Of a DNA stretch of 64,000 nt, positions 42,816 through 51,948 are shown piece after piece. Made by a program: the position numbers and the translations under genes. The stretch's first letter is position 1; every line of letters begins with the position of its first letter. The stretch covers positions 2,868,582 through 2,932,581 of the forward strand of contig OZ253560.1 in assembly GCA_965262815.1 (NCBI GenBank), given 5' to 3'. This DNA comes from a bacterium (GTDB lineage Bacteria; JAAXHH01). A model generated the notes under the pieces. It was given only the letters and a program-made list of their open reading frames with translations. It had not been told where the DNA came from and ran no database searches.

Positions 42816-43976
42816 CTACAAAGCGCTTCTTTCGCGCTTGAAGGCGGAAATGAAGGCCTCGTTCTCCTGAGGCAGGCCGACGGAAATCCGCATGAAGCCT
42901 TCCATGTCGAAGGCCTGGCGGACGCGGACCTTCTTTTCCCAGAGACGCTCGATCAGCGTGTCCACGTTGGAACCGACTTCGACGGTTACGAAGATCGTCT
43001 GTGTACGCATCGGGCTGTAACCCATGGCTTCCAGTTCTTCGTAAAGATACGCCTTGCCTTCCCGCGTGAGTTCCGCCGAACGCCGCACGTGTTCCTGGTC
43101 CCCTAGGGCCGCTATGGCCGCGACGGTCGAGAGGGTGTTCTTGTTGAGCATACCAATACTGAACCGCTGCATGCGTTCCAGGAGCGAAGGGTGGGCGACG
43201 CCGTAACCGACCCGCATGCCGCCCAGGCCGTAGGCCTTCGAGAAGGTTCGGGAGATCAGCAGGTTTTCGACGTCCTTTGTCAGGGAGACCATGGACGGGT
43301 AGTCCGGGTCGTCCACGAACTGGATATAGGCTTCGTCCACGCAGACGATGACGTGTCCGGGCATGGCCCGAATCGTCCGTTCAAGTTCACCCGGGTCGAG
43401 GATCTGCCCCGTGGGATTGTTGGGATTGCAGATGCTGACGATCCGCGTCTGTTCGTCGACCGCCGCGGCCAGGGCCGCCAGATCCATCTGCCAGTCTCCG
43501 GTCAACGGCACCTTCTTGACGACCTGTCCGAGTTCCTCGGTCGTCCTCGGTATGGAACGATAGGATGGAAAGGCCGTAACCGTGTTCCCCGGCTGATTCC
43601 AGAAAGCCGCCAGCGTCGCCGTCAACAGTATTTCGGAAGATCCGACGCCCAGGACCACGTATTCCGGATCGACGCCATGATGCGCGGCCAGGGCTTCTTC
43701 GAGTTCGTTGTGCATGGTATACCGGTTCATGCCGAACATTTTTTGAGCTACCGCCTCGATGGCCCTGCGGGACGCGCCGAGGGGATTCTCGTTGATACTG
43801 AGCTGCACCAGCAGCGGATCATCGAGACCTACGCCGTTTACCGGTTGCATCTGGGGTTCGTTGACCATCTGGGCCGCCGCTTCCCATACCGGTGTGCCGA
43901 TCAGCGAAACACCCGCGCCGCCCAGGACGGTGTTACGCAGGAAATTACGCCGGTCCATTTCGTGTATATCAGCCAT
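42816..43976 (-). CDS. Class I/II PLP-dependent aminotransferase (HisC-like) with twin-arginine signal peptide
   Basis: MDRRNFLRNTVLGGAGVSLIGTPVWEAAAQ is a Tat motif. ...ICNPNNPTG... and ...SRTFSKAYGLGGMRVGY carry the PLP-Lys. Confidence 0.75.
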   Translation of the reverse strand: MADIHEMDRRNFLRNTVLGGAGVSLIGTPVWEAAAQMVNEPQMQPVNGVGLDDPLLVQLSINENPLGASRRAIEAVAQKMFGMNRYTMHNELEEALAAHHGVDPEYVVLGVGSSEILLTATLAAFWNQPGNTVTAFPSYRSIPRTTEELGQVVKKVPLTGDWQMDLAALAAAVDEQTRIVSICNPNNPTGQILDPGELERTIRAMPGHVIVCVDEAYIQFVDDPDYPSMVSLTKDVENLLISRTFSKAYGLGGMRVGYGVAHPSLLERMQRFSIGMLNKNTLSTVAAIAALGDQEHVRRSAELTREGKAYLYEELEAMGYSPMRTQTIFVTVEVGSNVDTLIERLWEKKVRVRQAFDMEGFMRISVGLPQENEAFISAFKRERSAL

Positions 43977-44050
43977 GATGACCTCCATCTTCGATGGCAG
44001 TTTTTGGGGGATTTGACCTCGCTGGAAATAAGCGGCCACGGTGGGGTATT

Positions 44051-44098
44051 GTCAAAGACTCTTTTGACCTTGAAACCTCGTCACACATCGGATACAAT
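44051..44098 (+). promoter_or_regulatory. Perfect palindrome GTCAAA-N6-TTTGAC (44051-44068) abutting a sigma70-like promoter (-35 TTGAAA 44070-44075, -10 TACAAT 44093-44098)
   Basis: Seen directly in the divergent intergenic region between the aminotransferase operon and the amidohydrolase gene. Geometry typical of a dimeric repressor operator. Confidence 0.35.
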
Positions 44099-44199
44099 GA
44101 GTGTTCCCTAAAAGTACATCCAGAGTTCACGCTGAACGGACCGGACGTGATGTCCGCTGTGCATTAGCACAGAATAGAAACATACCACGAGGAGTAACC

Positions 44200-45204
44200 A
44201 TGTACTCGCTGGACTATCAGGATTTCGACCGGGATATATGGGAAGACGAACTGGCCGGTTTCGTGCCGGATACGGTCTACGACATGCACGTCCACATGTG
44301 GTCGGAGCGGCACAAGGGACGATTGACCACGGAATCCACGGGCTTGCGTCTGGAAATCGACTACCAGGACCACCTGGACTGGGCGGAGAAGATGTATCCC
44401 GGCCGAGATATGCACTACCTGGTCCTCGGCACGCCCATCGTGGGCGGGATCGACGTGGAGGGGCACAACGACTGGATGGCGCAGGAGATGAAGCAGGATC
44501 CCGAGTCTGCGATCAACATGATGGTGACGCCCGACATGACGCCCGATTACGTGGCCGCGCAGGTCAGAAAACACGGCTTCCTGGGCCTGAAGCCGTACCG
44601 GACCTTCGCGCCGGACCCCACCCATTGCAGGATCTGCGATTTCCTGCCGGAATCCTTCATAGAGGTGGCCGACGACCTGGGTCTCGCTATCACCATGCAC
44701 CTGTCCAAGCCGGACGGACCGGCGGACGCGGACAATCAGAGGGATCTGGCGTACTACACGAAAAAATATCCACGTGCGCAGTGGATTCTCGCCCATTGCG
44801 CACGTGCGTTCAACGCCTTCATGATGGAACGGGGCATTCACTTCCTGACCGGCCTGCCAAACATCTGGTACGACACCTCGGCCGTGAATGACCTCTACAC
44901 CCACTACCTGCTGATGAAGCACGAGTATCGGTCCCGGGTCATGTTCGGTTCGGACAACATCGTCGCGGGGTGCGCCCGCGGGAAGTATGTTACCTACGGA
45001 CGCGCGTGGACCTATTACGAGGGGACGACGGAAACCACGCCCCACTGCGATCCGCGGGCGACGCTGGTTATCTACGAGCAGTTGCGGCAGGAGAAGCAGG
45101 TGGCGGAGATGCTGGGACTGACGGCCGGCGAAATCGAGGATCACTTCTCCGGCAACGCGAAGCGATTTCTTTCGGAAGTCCGCGCCCGGCAGCAGTGGCG
45201 GTAA
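44200..45204 (+). CDS. Amidohydrolase-2 family metal-dependent hydrolase
   Basis: VYDMHVHMW is the HxH motif. Start at MYSLDYQD with a GAGGAG RBS; the track N-terminal extension was rejected. Confidence 0.75.
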   Translation: MYSLDYQDFDRDIWEDELAGFVPDTVYDMHVHMWSERHKGRLTTESTGLRLEIDYQDHLDWAEKMYPGRDMHYLVLGTPIVGGIDVEGHNDWMAQEMKQDPESAINMMVTPDMTPDYVAAQVRKHGFLGLKPYRTFAPDPTHCRICDFLPESFIEVADDLGLAITMHLSKPDGPADADNQRDLAYYTKKYPRAQWILAHCARAFNAFMMERGIHFLTGLPNIWYDTSAVNDLYTHYLLMKHEYRSRVMFGSDNIVAGCARGKYVTYGRAWTYYEGTTETTPHCDPRATLVIYEQLRQEKQVAEMLGLTAGEIEDHFSGNAKRFLSEVRARQQWR

Positions 45205-45260
45205 GGCCAAACCATGAAGCGCTGCCGTTAGTAGCTGGTCGGTGGGCCTTTGAGCGCGGC

Positions 45261-46112
45261 CTATCCCCTTGAGGGCTCCGACATGCGCAACTTGGCCTTG
45301 CGCACTTCCTCCTCGAGGTGGGACTGGTACGCCAGGGGCTGTTCCAGGTGCTTCATGCGATCCGGACCCGCCGTCTGGATCATGGCTTCGCCGTACACGC
45401 TTTCGAGCCAGAACCGCGCGCCGGCGGCGATCTCGTTCTTCAGGATTTGCATATCCCGTTCGGCGAAACGGGCCGTGCAGTTGATCGTGAACATCCGGCG
45501 CCGGTCGCTACCGCCCCAGGCGCTGTGCTTGGTGTTCTGGTTGAACACGACGATGTCCCCGGGCTGTGTCTCCAGGGCCACGGCCGGCACCTCCCAGCCT
45601 TCTATACCCCAGTTCGTCGGAGATTTCCTGATCGAGGATTCAAGGGACTCCGCGTATGCGTCCCCGTACCGTTGACTGCCCGGGATCACCCGCAGCGCCC
45701 CTGTTTCCCGGGTCAATGGATCCAGGTAGAAGGCCATCTTGAAGTAAATACGGGGCGGCTTGCCGCGCATCTTGCCGGACCAGTCCGTATCAGAATGCCA
45801 TCCCGTATCGGCGACGTAGAAATTGCCGTCGCTCCCCAGGTAGACGAAATCGTCCCCGAGCAGGCTGCTGAAGATCCCGTTGACCCTGGGATCGTCCAGC
45901 AGGGCGGAGAGAATCGGGTGCTGGTCAATAAACGGTACAATGCAGGACCGGGCAGTACCGTCGTGCTGCTTGCCGTCGTGCCCGCCACCGCGTTCTGTCC
46001 ACACGGTCTCGAAGGCGTCGATGATCCCGTCGACGCGGTCCTTCAATAACCCGGGGAAACCCAGGAAGCCGAAGGTGTCCATGAACCCCAGTTGCTGTTC
46101 GGTCAGTTTCAT
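45261..46112 (-). CDS. Phytanoyl-CoA dioxygenase (PhyH) family oxygenase
   Basis: FMDTFGFLGFPGLLKDRVDG...GWHSDTDW...RVIPGSQRYG. Confidence 0.8.
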   Translation of the reverse strand: MKLTEQQLGFMDTFGFLGFPGLLKDRVDGIIDAFETVWTERGGGHDGKQHDGTARSCIVPFIDQHPILSALLDDPRVNGIFSSLLGDDFVYLGSDGNFYVADTGWHSDTDWSGKMRGKPPRIYFKMAFYLDPLTRETGALRVIPGSQRYGDAYAESLESSIRKSPTNWGIEGWEVPAVALETQPGDIVVFNQNTKHSAWGGSDRRRMFTINCTARFAERDMQILKNEIAAGARFWLESVYGEAMIQTAGPDRMKHLEQPLAYQSHLEEEVRKAKLRMSEPSRG

Positions 46113-46275
46113 CGGAGCGTCTCCGTCAAATTGGACCAGCCTGCTTGATCTTTTGCCACCTAACGATTTGTTTGGGAGTATCTGGCTTCTATAATATAGT
46201 CCCGCAGGAACCCTTTAAAGCAAATAAAAAACCGGAATCTGAACCCTGCGTTTTCTCCAACGGAAGGAGCGAATC

Positions 46276-47208
46276 ATGAGACGATTTACCCGCACCCCCT
46301 ATCTCTCCGGACCGAATGATCCGGCATTCCGTGAAATCCGCGGTGTACTCAAACCAGGTGAAACGGTCCAGGTCGAGACATTCGGCGGACACGACCAGGA
46401 CTACCTTGCCAAGAAAGACCTGCGGGCCGGGGCGGTCATGGACGTGGATCCCTACCGTTTTTCACGCCCGTGCGGTCCCTTCTGCATCGAGGGGATCGAG
46501 GCCGGAGACTGGGTGTCCGTGGAGATCCTCGACATGGAAGTCGGCGCCTATGGTTTCTACCGAAACGGCGGCCCTCACTGGGGTAGTCTCCGGCTCATAG
46601 CACCGGTACGGGACGGCCTCGTACATTTTCCGCCCGATTTCGTTGTTCCTGTTCGCCCCATGATCGGCGTCGTGCAGCTGGAATCGGTGGCCCACCACCA
46701 GATCGACACGGGTGGGAACATGGACTTCAACGCGATCCAGCCGGGCAGCACGGTGCATATCCGTGCGCAGAAACCCGGGGGGCTGCTCTCGCTGGGTGAT
46801 GTGCACGCGCGCATGGGAGACGGCGAACTGACAGGTACAGGTGTCGAAATCGATTCCACGATCACCATGCGGGTGGATCGCTCACCGGGGTTCCCCTGCA
46901 GCAGTCCGGTCGTGGAGAAGACCCGGATCGTGGAGTCGCAGGAAGAATACCTGACCAGCGGCCAGGGTTACAACTGGGAAGAGGCCGTGAAGATCGCCTG
47001 GAGCGAAATGAACTCCCTCATAGCGGACCGTTACGACACCACCGTGGAATACGCCAACCTTATCGTCGGGACCATCGCCGACGCCCGTCCGGGATACGCC
47101 GCCGGCCTGATGAACCGGCGCGGCAACGTGGACGGGAATGCCTACGTCACCTGTCAACTGGCGGTAACGAAGGAACTGCGTCGAACGGGGACGCCCTACG
47201 TGTCCTAA
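46276..47208 (+). CDS. Acetamidase/formamidase (FmdA_AmdA) family protein
   Basis: GPFCIEGIEAGDWVSVEILDME...IGVVQLESV...GDVHARMGDGELTGTGVE. GGAAGGAG RBS. Confidence 0.8.
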   Translation: MRRFTRTPYLSGPNDPAFREIRGVLKPGETVQVETFGGHDQDYLAKKDLRAGAVMDVDPYRFSRPCGPFCIEGIEAGDWVSVEILDMEVGAYGFYRNGGPHWGSLRLIAPVRDGLVHFPPDFVVPVRPMIGVVQLESVAHHQIDTGGNMDFNAIQPGSTVHIRAQKPGGLLSLGDVHARMGDGELTGTGVEIDSTITMRVDRSPGFPCSSPVVEKTRIVESQEEYLTSGQGYNWEEAVKIAWSEMNSLIADRYDTTVEYANLIVGTIADARPGYAAGLMNRRGNVDGNAYVTCQLAVTKELRRTGTPYVS

Positions 47209-47252
47209 AGGCCCGGCACATCGGTTCACAGGCGCCGAACTCGTCTTTCGTA

Positions 47253-47579
47253 CTACTGCAGGGGAGAAAAGGGAACCGGCGCGAGGATACGGTTTGCCAC
47301 GTCCGCAACCAGCGGTCCATTAGTTTCGCTGGCGGCCTTGGCCTCGATCCAGGCTGGATCGCTCATGAACGCCGCCCAGGCGCGTTCGCGGTGCGCCGTG
47401 TCATCGAAGACCAGCAGGTAGGTGAGTTCATGGTTGCTCGGTCCCACCACGGTCTGCCAGAAACCGACCAGCTTCATGCCGTGTTTCTCGAAGAGGGGTA
47501 CGGCGTGATGGGTGAACCGGTTCAGGATATCCGGCACACGGCCGGGCATGATTTTGTAGATGCGTTCTTCATAGATCAT
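47253..47579 (-). CDS. NIPSNAP family protein
   Basis: MIYEERIYKIMPG...FEKHGMKLVGFWQTVVGPSNHELTYLLVFDD. Start at ATG 47579 (GGAGG RBS); the track start 47618 is a TTG. Confidence 0.8.
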   Translation of the reverse strand: MIYEERIYKIMPGRVPDILNRFTHHAVPLFEKHGMKLVGFWQTVVGPSNHELTYLLVFDDTAHRERAWAAFMSDPAWIEAKAASETNGPLVADVANRILAPVPFSPLQ

Positions 47580-47614
47580 GAGAATGCCTCCGAAGGGGCC
47601 GCCATGCTCCGAGG

Positions 47615-48772
47615 TCAATCCAGCCCGGCGAGGGACGCGCCCCGCGCAACGGCGTGACCCTGCCGGCGCAGGTATTGTTCAAGGCCAACAAGGAACGGCG
47701 TGACGGCCTCGAGGGCGGCGTTATGCCCCATGTGGCCCACGCGGATCGATCGATGCACGTGGTCTCCCAGGCCCAGGCCGACATGCATGCCGTACTCGGC
47801 CTTCATGAAATCGGAGAAAGCGACTGGTTTGAACCAGTCTTCCGACAGGATGACCGTCATATTGACACACGCGGCCCGTTCCTCGGCCATGACAGTCAGT
47901 CCCATGGCGCGGACCCCTTCACGCACCACGCGGGCTACCCGTCTGTGGCGGGACCAGGTGGCCTCGAGCCCTTCTTCCTCCAGAATGAAATCCGTGCTTT
48001 TTAACAGGGCGGTGAAATTGTTGACCGGCATGGTGCCGGGATGGGGATGGACGTCGGCCTGCGTTTCGGCGAAATGCCGCAAATTCTGTAGATCGGTCAT
48101 GAATCCACGGGGCTCTCGCCGGTCTTTCATGGCGTCCCACGCCCGGTCGCTCACAGCCACGAGGGCCAGGCCCGGCGGCGCGCCCAGGGCCTTCTGGGAG
48201 GCGCAGGTCGTGATGTCGATGTCCCAGGCATCCATCAGGTATTGCTCACCGCCCAGGGACGCTATGGAATCCACCAGTACGAGCATCCCGTGCTCCCGGG
48301 CGGCTGCAGCCAGTTCCCTCACCGGGTTGGCCAGACCAGTCGATGTCTCCCCGTGCACCATGAAGACCGCCTTGAGCCTGGGGTTGTCCGCCGCCGCCGC
48401 GTGGATATCCGACGCTTCGAAGGGAATCCCCCAGGGTTTCTTCGACACCACCGAATCGAGCCCGAACGCCCGGGCGAGATCGTCCAGGCGCTGGCCGAAC
48501 AGTCCGTTGTCGAGCGTCAGGATCCGGTCGCCTGGATTGAAAAGGCTGTTCATGGCCACGTCGTTGGCCGTGTGTCCCGATCCCACGAGTATAAAAACCT
48601 CTCCTTCCGTCCCGATTACACGCTGCAGATTGGAAACGGTCTTCCGCCAGATTTCCACCCAGCGGTCCCCGTAATGGGCGGTGAGGGGATCGCTCATATG
48701 GGCCAGCACGTCAGGACTGATTTCGACGGGACCGGGTATCATCAATCGGTAGTGTTTACGCATGAAGGGCAC
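47615..48772 (-). CDS. Class V aminotransferase (alanine-glyoxylate/serine-pyruvate/AEP-pyruvate aminotransferase-like)
   Basis: LMIPGPVEISPDVL...TSTGLANPV...CASQKALGAPPGLA carries the PLP-Lys in SQK. Confidence 0.85.
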   Translation of the reverse strand: MPFMRKHYRLMIPGPVEISPDVLAHMSDPLTAHYGDRWVEIWRKTVSNLQRVIGTEGEVFILVGSGHTANDVAMNSLFNPGDRILTLDNGLFGQRLDDLARAFGLDSVVSKKPWGIPFEASDIHAAAADNPRLKAVFMVHGETSTGLANPVRELAAAAREHGMLVLVDSIASLGGEQYLMDAWDIDITTCASQKALGAPPGLALVAVSDRAWDAMKDRREPRGFMTDLQNLRHFAETQADVHPHPGTMPVNNFTALLKSTDFILEEEGLEATWSRHRRVARVVREGVRAMGLTVMAEERAACVNMTVILSEDWFKPVAFSDFMKAEYGMHVGLGLGDHVHRSIRVGHMGHNAALEAVTPFLVGLEQYLRRQGHAVARGASLAGLD

Positions 48773-49096
48773 CTATTGATGGGTATTGAACGTGAGTCGG
48801 ATCCGTTGTCTTGCTCGCTCGGAACATCGTTCGAATATACGGAGACCATGCGGCTGGATCAACAGAGAAAAACTGAAGACACGGCGGCCCGCGGGCGTAT
48901 TTAATCTAAGTAGTCTTTCTTTAAGGATGTATGGTGCATATATGCCTTGACTTGCCATTAACCCTCGCCTTTATTGCCTGTGCCGGTTCCAACGCACAGA
49001 CGTGGGATCCGCCTGATTAACGAGGGGTATGCCTTCAGTACCCGTTCGATCCATGAACAACACGGCGTTGTCATTGTCGGAACAAGGATACGGTAA

Positions 49097-50869
49097 ATGT
49101 TGCATCGAATGAAAATCCTGGTCGCGGTGTGTGGCCTGTTTCTGTCATCCATAGCGGTTCACGATGCAGAAGCGGCGTCTCGCAAGCCGGTCGTTGGTAA
49201 AAAGGGCATGGCGGTGGCCGTGGAACCCATGGCCACGAAAATCGCCGCGGATATTCTTAAGAACGGCGGAAACGCCGTCGACGCCGCCGTGGCGCTGGGA
49301 CTGGCCCTGGCGGTTACCCATCCCTCCGCCGGGAATATCGGCGGCGGTGGATTCATGGTCATTCGCATGGCCGACGGCACGGCCGTGGCGGTAGACTATA
49401 GGGAAAAAGCGCCGGGAAAAGCGCATGCCGGGATGTACCTGGACGAGCAAGGAAACCGCGCGGTGAACCCCGCCATTTCCTTTACCCGTTCTGACGGTTC
49501 GACCTTCCATCCCCCAACCAACCGCATACATCACCTGGCGATCGGCGTGCCGGGAACAGTCGCCGGATTTGCCCTGGCCCTGGAGAAATACGGCTCCATG
49601 TCCATGGTGGAAGTCATCCAGCCCGCCATCGATCTCGCGGAACAGGGCTTTATACTGACAGAGCGCATCGCCCGGGGATTAAACAGCCGCACAGCCATCT
49701 TCAACCAGATCCCCGCGAGCAAGAAGGCCATGCTCCGGGCGGACGGAGAGGATTGGCAGGCAGGCGATCGTTGGATACAGAAAGACCTGGCGGAAACCCT
49801 GAAGCTTATCGCCAGGGACGGCCACGACGGGTTCTACAAGGGCAGAACCGCCGAATTGATCGAAAAGGACATGGAGGCTGGGGGCGGGATGATAGACCGC
49901 ACCGACCTCGCGAACTACCAGGCGATCATCCGGGAACCCGTTCGCACCACCTACAGGGATGAATACGAGATCATATCCATGCCCCCGCCGAGTTCGGGCG
50001 GCATTACCATGTCGTTGATGGTCAACATACTCGAAGGCTACGACCTGGGCCGGATGGGGCATAATTCATCCAACACCCTTCACGTCATGACCGAGGCAAT
50101 GCGCCGAGCCTACGCTGACCGGGCCCGGCACCTTGGCGACGCGGACTTCGTCGAGATTCCGGAACATCTCACGACGAAGGAATACGCGGCCAAGCTACGG
50201 TCCACTATCGATCCCTTCTACGCCACGCCGAGCGAAGAGGTGGGACCGGAATTGACCTTGCCCGCGGAAAGTAACCAGACCACCCATTACTCCGTCGCCG
50301 ACCAGTGGGGCAACGCCGTTTCGAACACCTACACGCTGGAAGGCGGATACGGGTCCCATATAGTCATCGCGGGCACGGGCATGATCACCAACAACGAGAT
50401 GGGCGACTTCAATCCGCAGCCGGGAATAACCAGATCTACCGGACAGATTGGTACGGAGCCGAATCTCATCGAACCGAACAAACGCATGTTGAGCTCTATG
50501 TCCCCGACCATCGTCACGCGGAACGGCGACCTGTACCTGGTGGTGGGCAGTCCCGGGGGACGCACGATCATCAATACGACAATGCAGTTGATCCTGAACG
50601 TCATCGACCATGGCATGAATATCCAGGAAGCAGTCGACGCACCGCGAATCCACCACCAGTGGTTCCCGGACCGTCTCAGAGCCGAGAACGGAGTGGGACG
50701 CGAGACTGCGGAAGCTTTGCAGGCCAAGGGTCATGAACTAAGCAGCCGGGGTTTCGGGGGCGGATCCTACCGCCAGGGGGACGGCCACAGTATCATGGTG
50801 GACCCCGATACCGGCTACCGCCTGGGGGCGCCGGACCCCCGGATCGAGGGCGCTGCATTCGGTCATTAG
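49097..50869 (+). CDS. ggt: Gamma-glutamyltranspeptidase
   Basis: Signal peptide. Autoprocessing/nucleophile Thr in SNQTTHYSVADQWGNAVS. GGT small-subunit motifs. Confidence 0.9.
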   Translation: MLHRMKILVAVCGLFLSSIAVHDAEAASRKPVVGKKGMAVAVEPMATKIAADILKNGGNAVDAAVALGLALAVTHPSAGNIGGGGFMVIRMADGTAVAVDYREKAPGKAHAGMYLDEQGNRAVNPAISFTRSDGSTFHPPTNRIHHLAIGVPGTVAGFALALEKYGSMSMVEVIQPAIDLAEQGFILTERIARGLNSRTAIFNQIPASKKAMLRADGEDWQAGDRWIQKDLAETLKLIARDGHDGFYKGRTAELIEKDMEAGGGMIDRTDLANYQAIIREPVRTTYRDEYEIISMPPPSSGGITMSLMVNILEGYDLGRMGHNSSNTLHVMTEAMRRAYADRARHLGDADFVEIPEHLTTKEYAAKLRSTIDPFYATPSEEVGPELTLPAESNQTTHYSVADQWGNAVSNTYTLEGGYGSHIVIAGTGMITNNEMGDFNPQPGITRSTGQIGTEPNLIEPNKRMLSSMSPTIVTRNGDLYLVVGSPGGRTIINTTMQLILNVIDHGMNIQEAVDAPRIHHQWFPDRLRAENGVGRETAEALQAKGHELSSRGFGGGSYRQGDGHSIMVDPDTGYRLGAPDPRIEGAAFGH

Positions 50870-50928
50870 GCGAACCCGCTGGATTTTCCCGATAGGGAGT
50901 TCCGCGTTTCGCTGCTGGAGTAAGCAAA

Positions 50929-51948
50929 TTGAAGTTGTACGACCGTGACGCCGCGCAGGAACTGCGTCACCAGCTGGGCAGGTTCACCCGAGCACCGGTG
51001 GCCCACCTGCCCACTCCGCTACAGGATTGTCCTCGCCTTAAGCAAGCCCTCGAGGGTCCACGGATCCTCATTAAACGCGACGACATGACCGGGCTGGCCA
51101 TGGGTGGAAACAAGGCCCGCCAGTTCACCTACTCCCTGGGTCCCGCCTTGGATAACGGGTGCGATTACCTGATCCACGGCTCCGATTCCCAGTCCAACCA
51201 ATCCGCGCAGACCGCCGCCGCCGCCGCCCGGCTGGGCATGAAGTCCGTCGTGGTCATTCCGCGGGACCATCGATCCTATCCTGTTTCCGGCAACCTGCTG
51301 CTCAACCATCTCATAGCGGACCAGATCAGGTACGTCTTCCCGCTGACCGTGAAGGATGAAGTGGAAAAGCAGATCGATGAATTGAAAGCAAAAGGATCAA
51401 GACCCTACGACACGAGCCGGGACGGTGCGATCCTTCGCGCCGTGGCCTACGTGGACGCCACCCTGGAACTGTGCGAGCAGCTCGCACAGCGGGGTATCGC
51501 GCCCCGGGCCATCTATACGAGTTCCATGACCTATACCATCGTCGGGCTGGTGGTCGGACTGCGCGCCGTTTCCGCCTGCTTCAAGGCCGTCGGGCTCAAC
51601 TACTGGGTAGGGGACGACCGGGAAATGCAGGAACGCCTCGCACCCGTGGCCAACGAATGCGCCTCGGTCATCGGACTGAAACACACTTTCACGCCGGACG
51701 ATTTCGATGTCACGTGCCAGTACGCCAAACCGGATTTCGGCGAACCGTCGCGGACCAGCCTCGAAACCATGCGCCTTGTAGCGCAGACCGAGGGCATCGT
51801 ACTCGACCCGGTATACACGGCCAAGGCCATGGACGGCCTGGTCAACCACATAAGGGAAGGGCGATTCCAGACAGACGACACCGTCGTCTTCCTGCATACG
51901 GGAGGAACGCCCGCAATTTTTGCCTACGGAGACGAGCTCTTCGGCTGA
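50929..51948 (+). CDS. 1-aminocyclopropane-1-carboxylate deaminase/D-cysteine desulfhydrase family PLP enzyme (fold type II)
   Basis: TPLQD...ILIKRDDMTGLAMGGNKARQ is the GGNKxRK PLP-Lys motif. TTG start with GGAG RBS. Confidence 0.8.
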   Translation: MKLYDRDAAQELRHQLGRFTRAPVAHLPTPLQDCPRLKQALEGPRILIKRDDMTGLAMGGNKARQFTYSLGPALDNGCDYLIHGSDSQSNQSAQTAAAAARLGMKSVVVIPRDHRSYPVSGNLLLNHLIADQIRYVFPLTVKDEVEKQIDELKAKGSRPYDTSRDGAILRAVAYVDATLELCEQLAQRGIAPRAIYTSSMTYTIVGLVVGLRAVSACFKAVGLNYWVGDDREMQERLAPVANECASVIGLKHTFTPDDFDVTCQYAKPDFGEPSRTSLETMRLVAQTEGIVLDPVYTAKAMDGLVNHIREGRFQTDDTVVFLHTGGTPAIFAYGDELFG

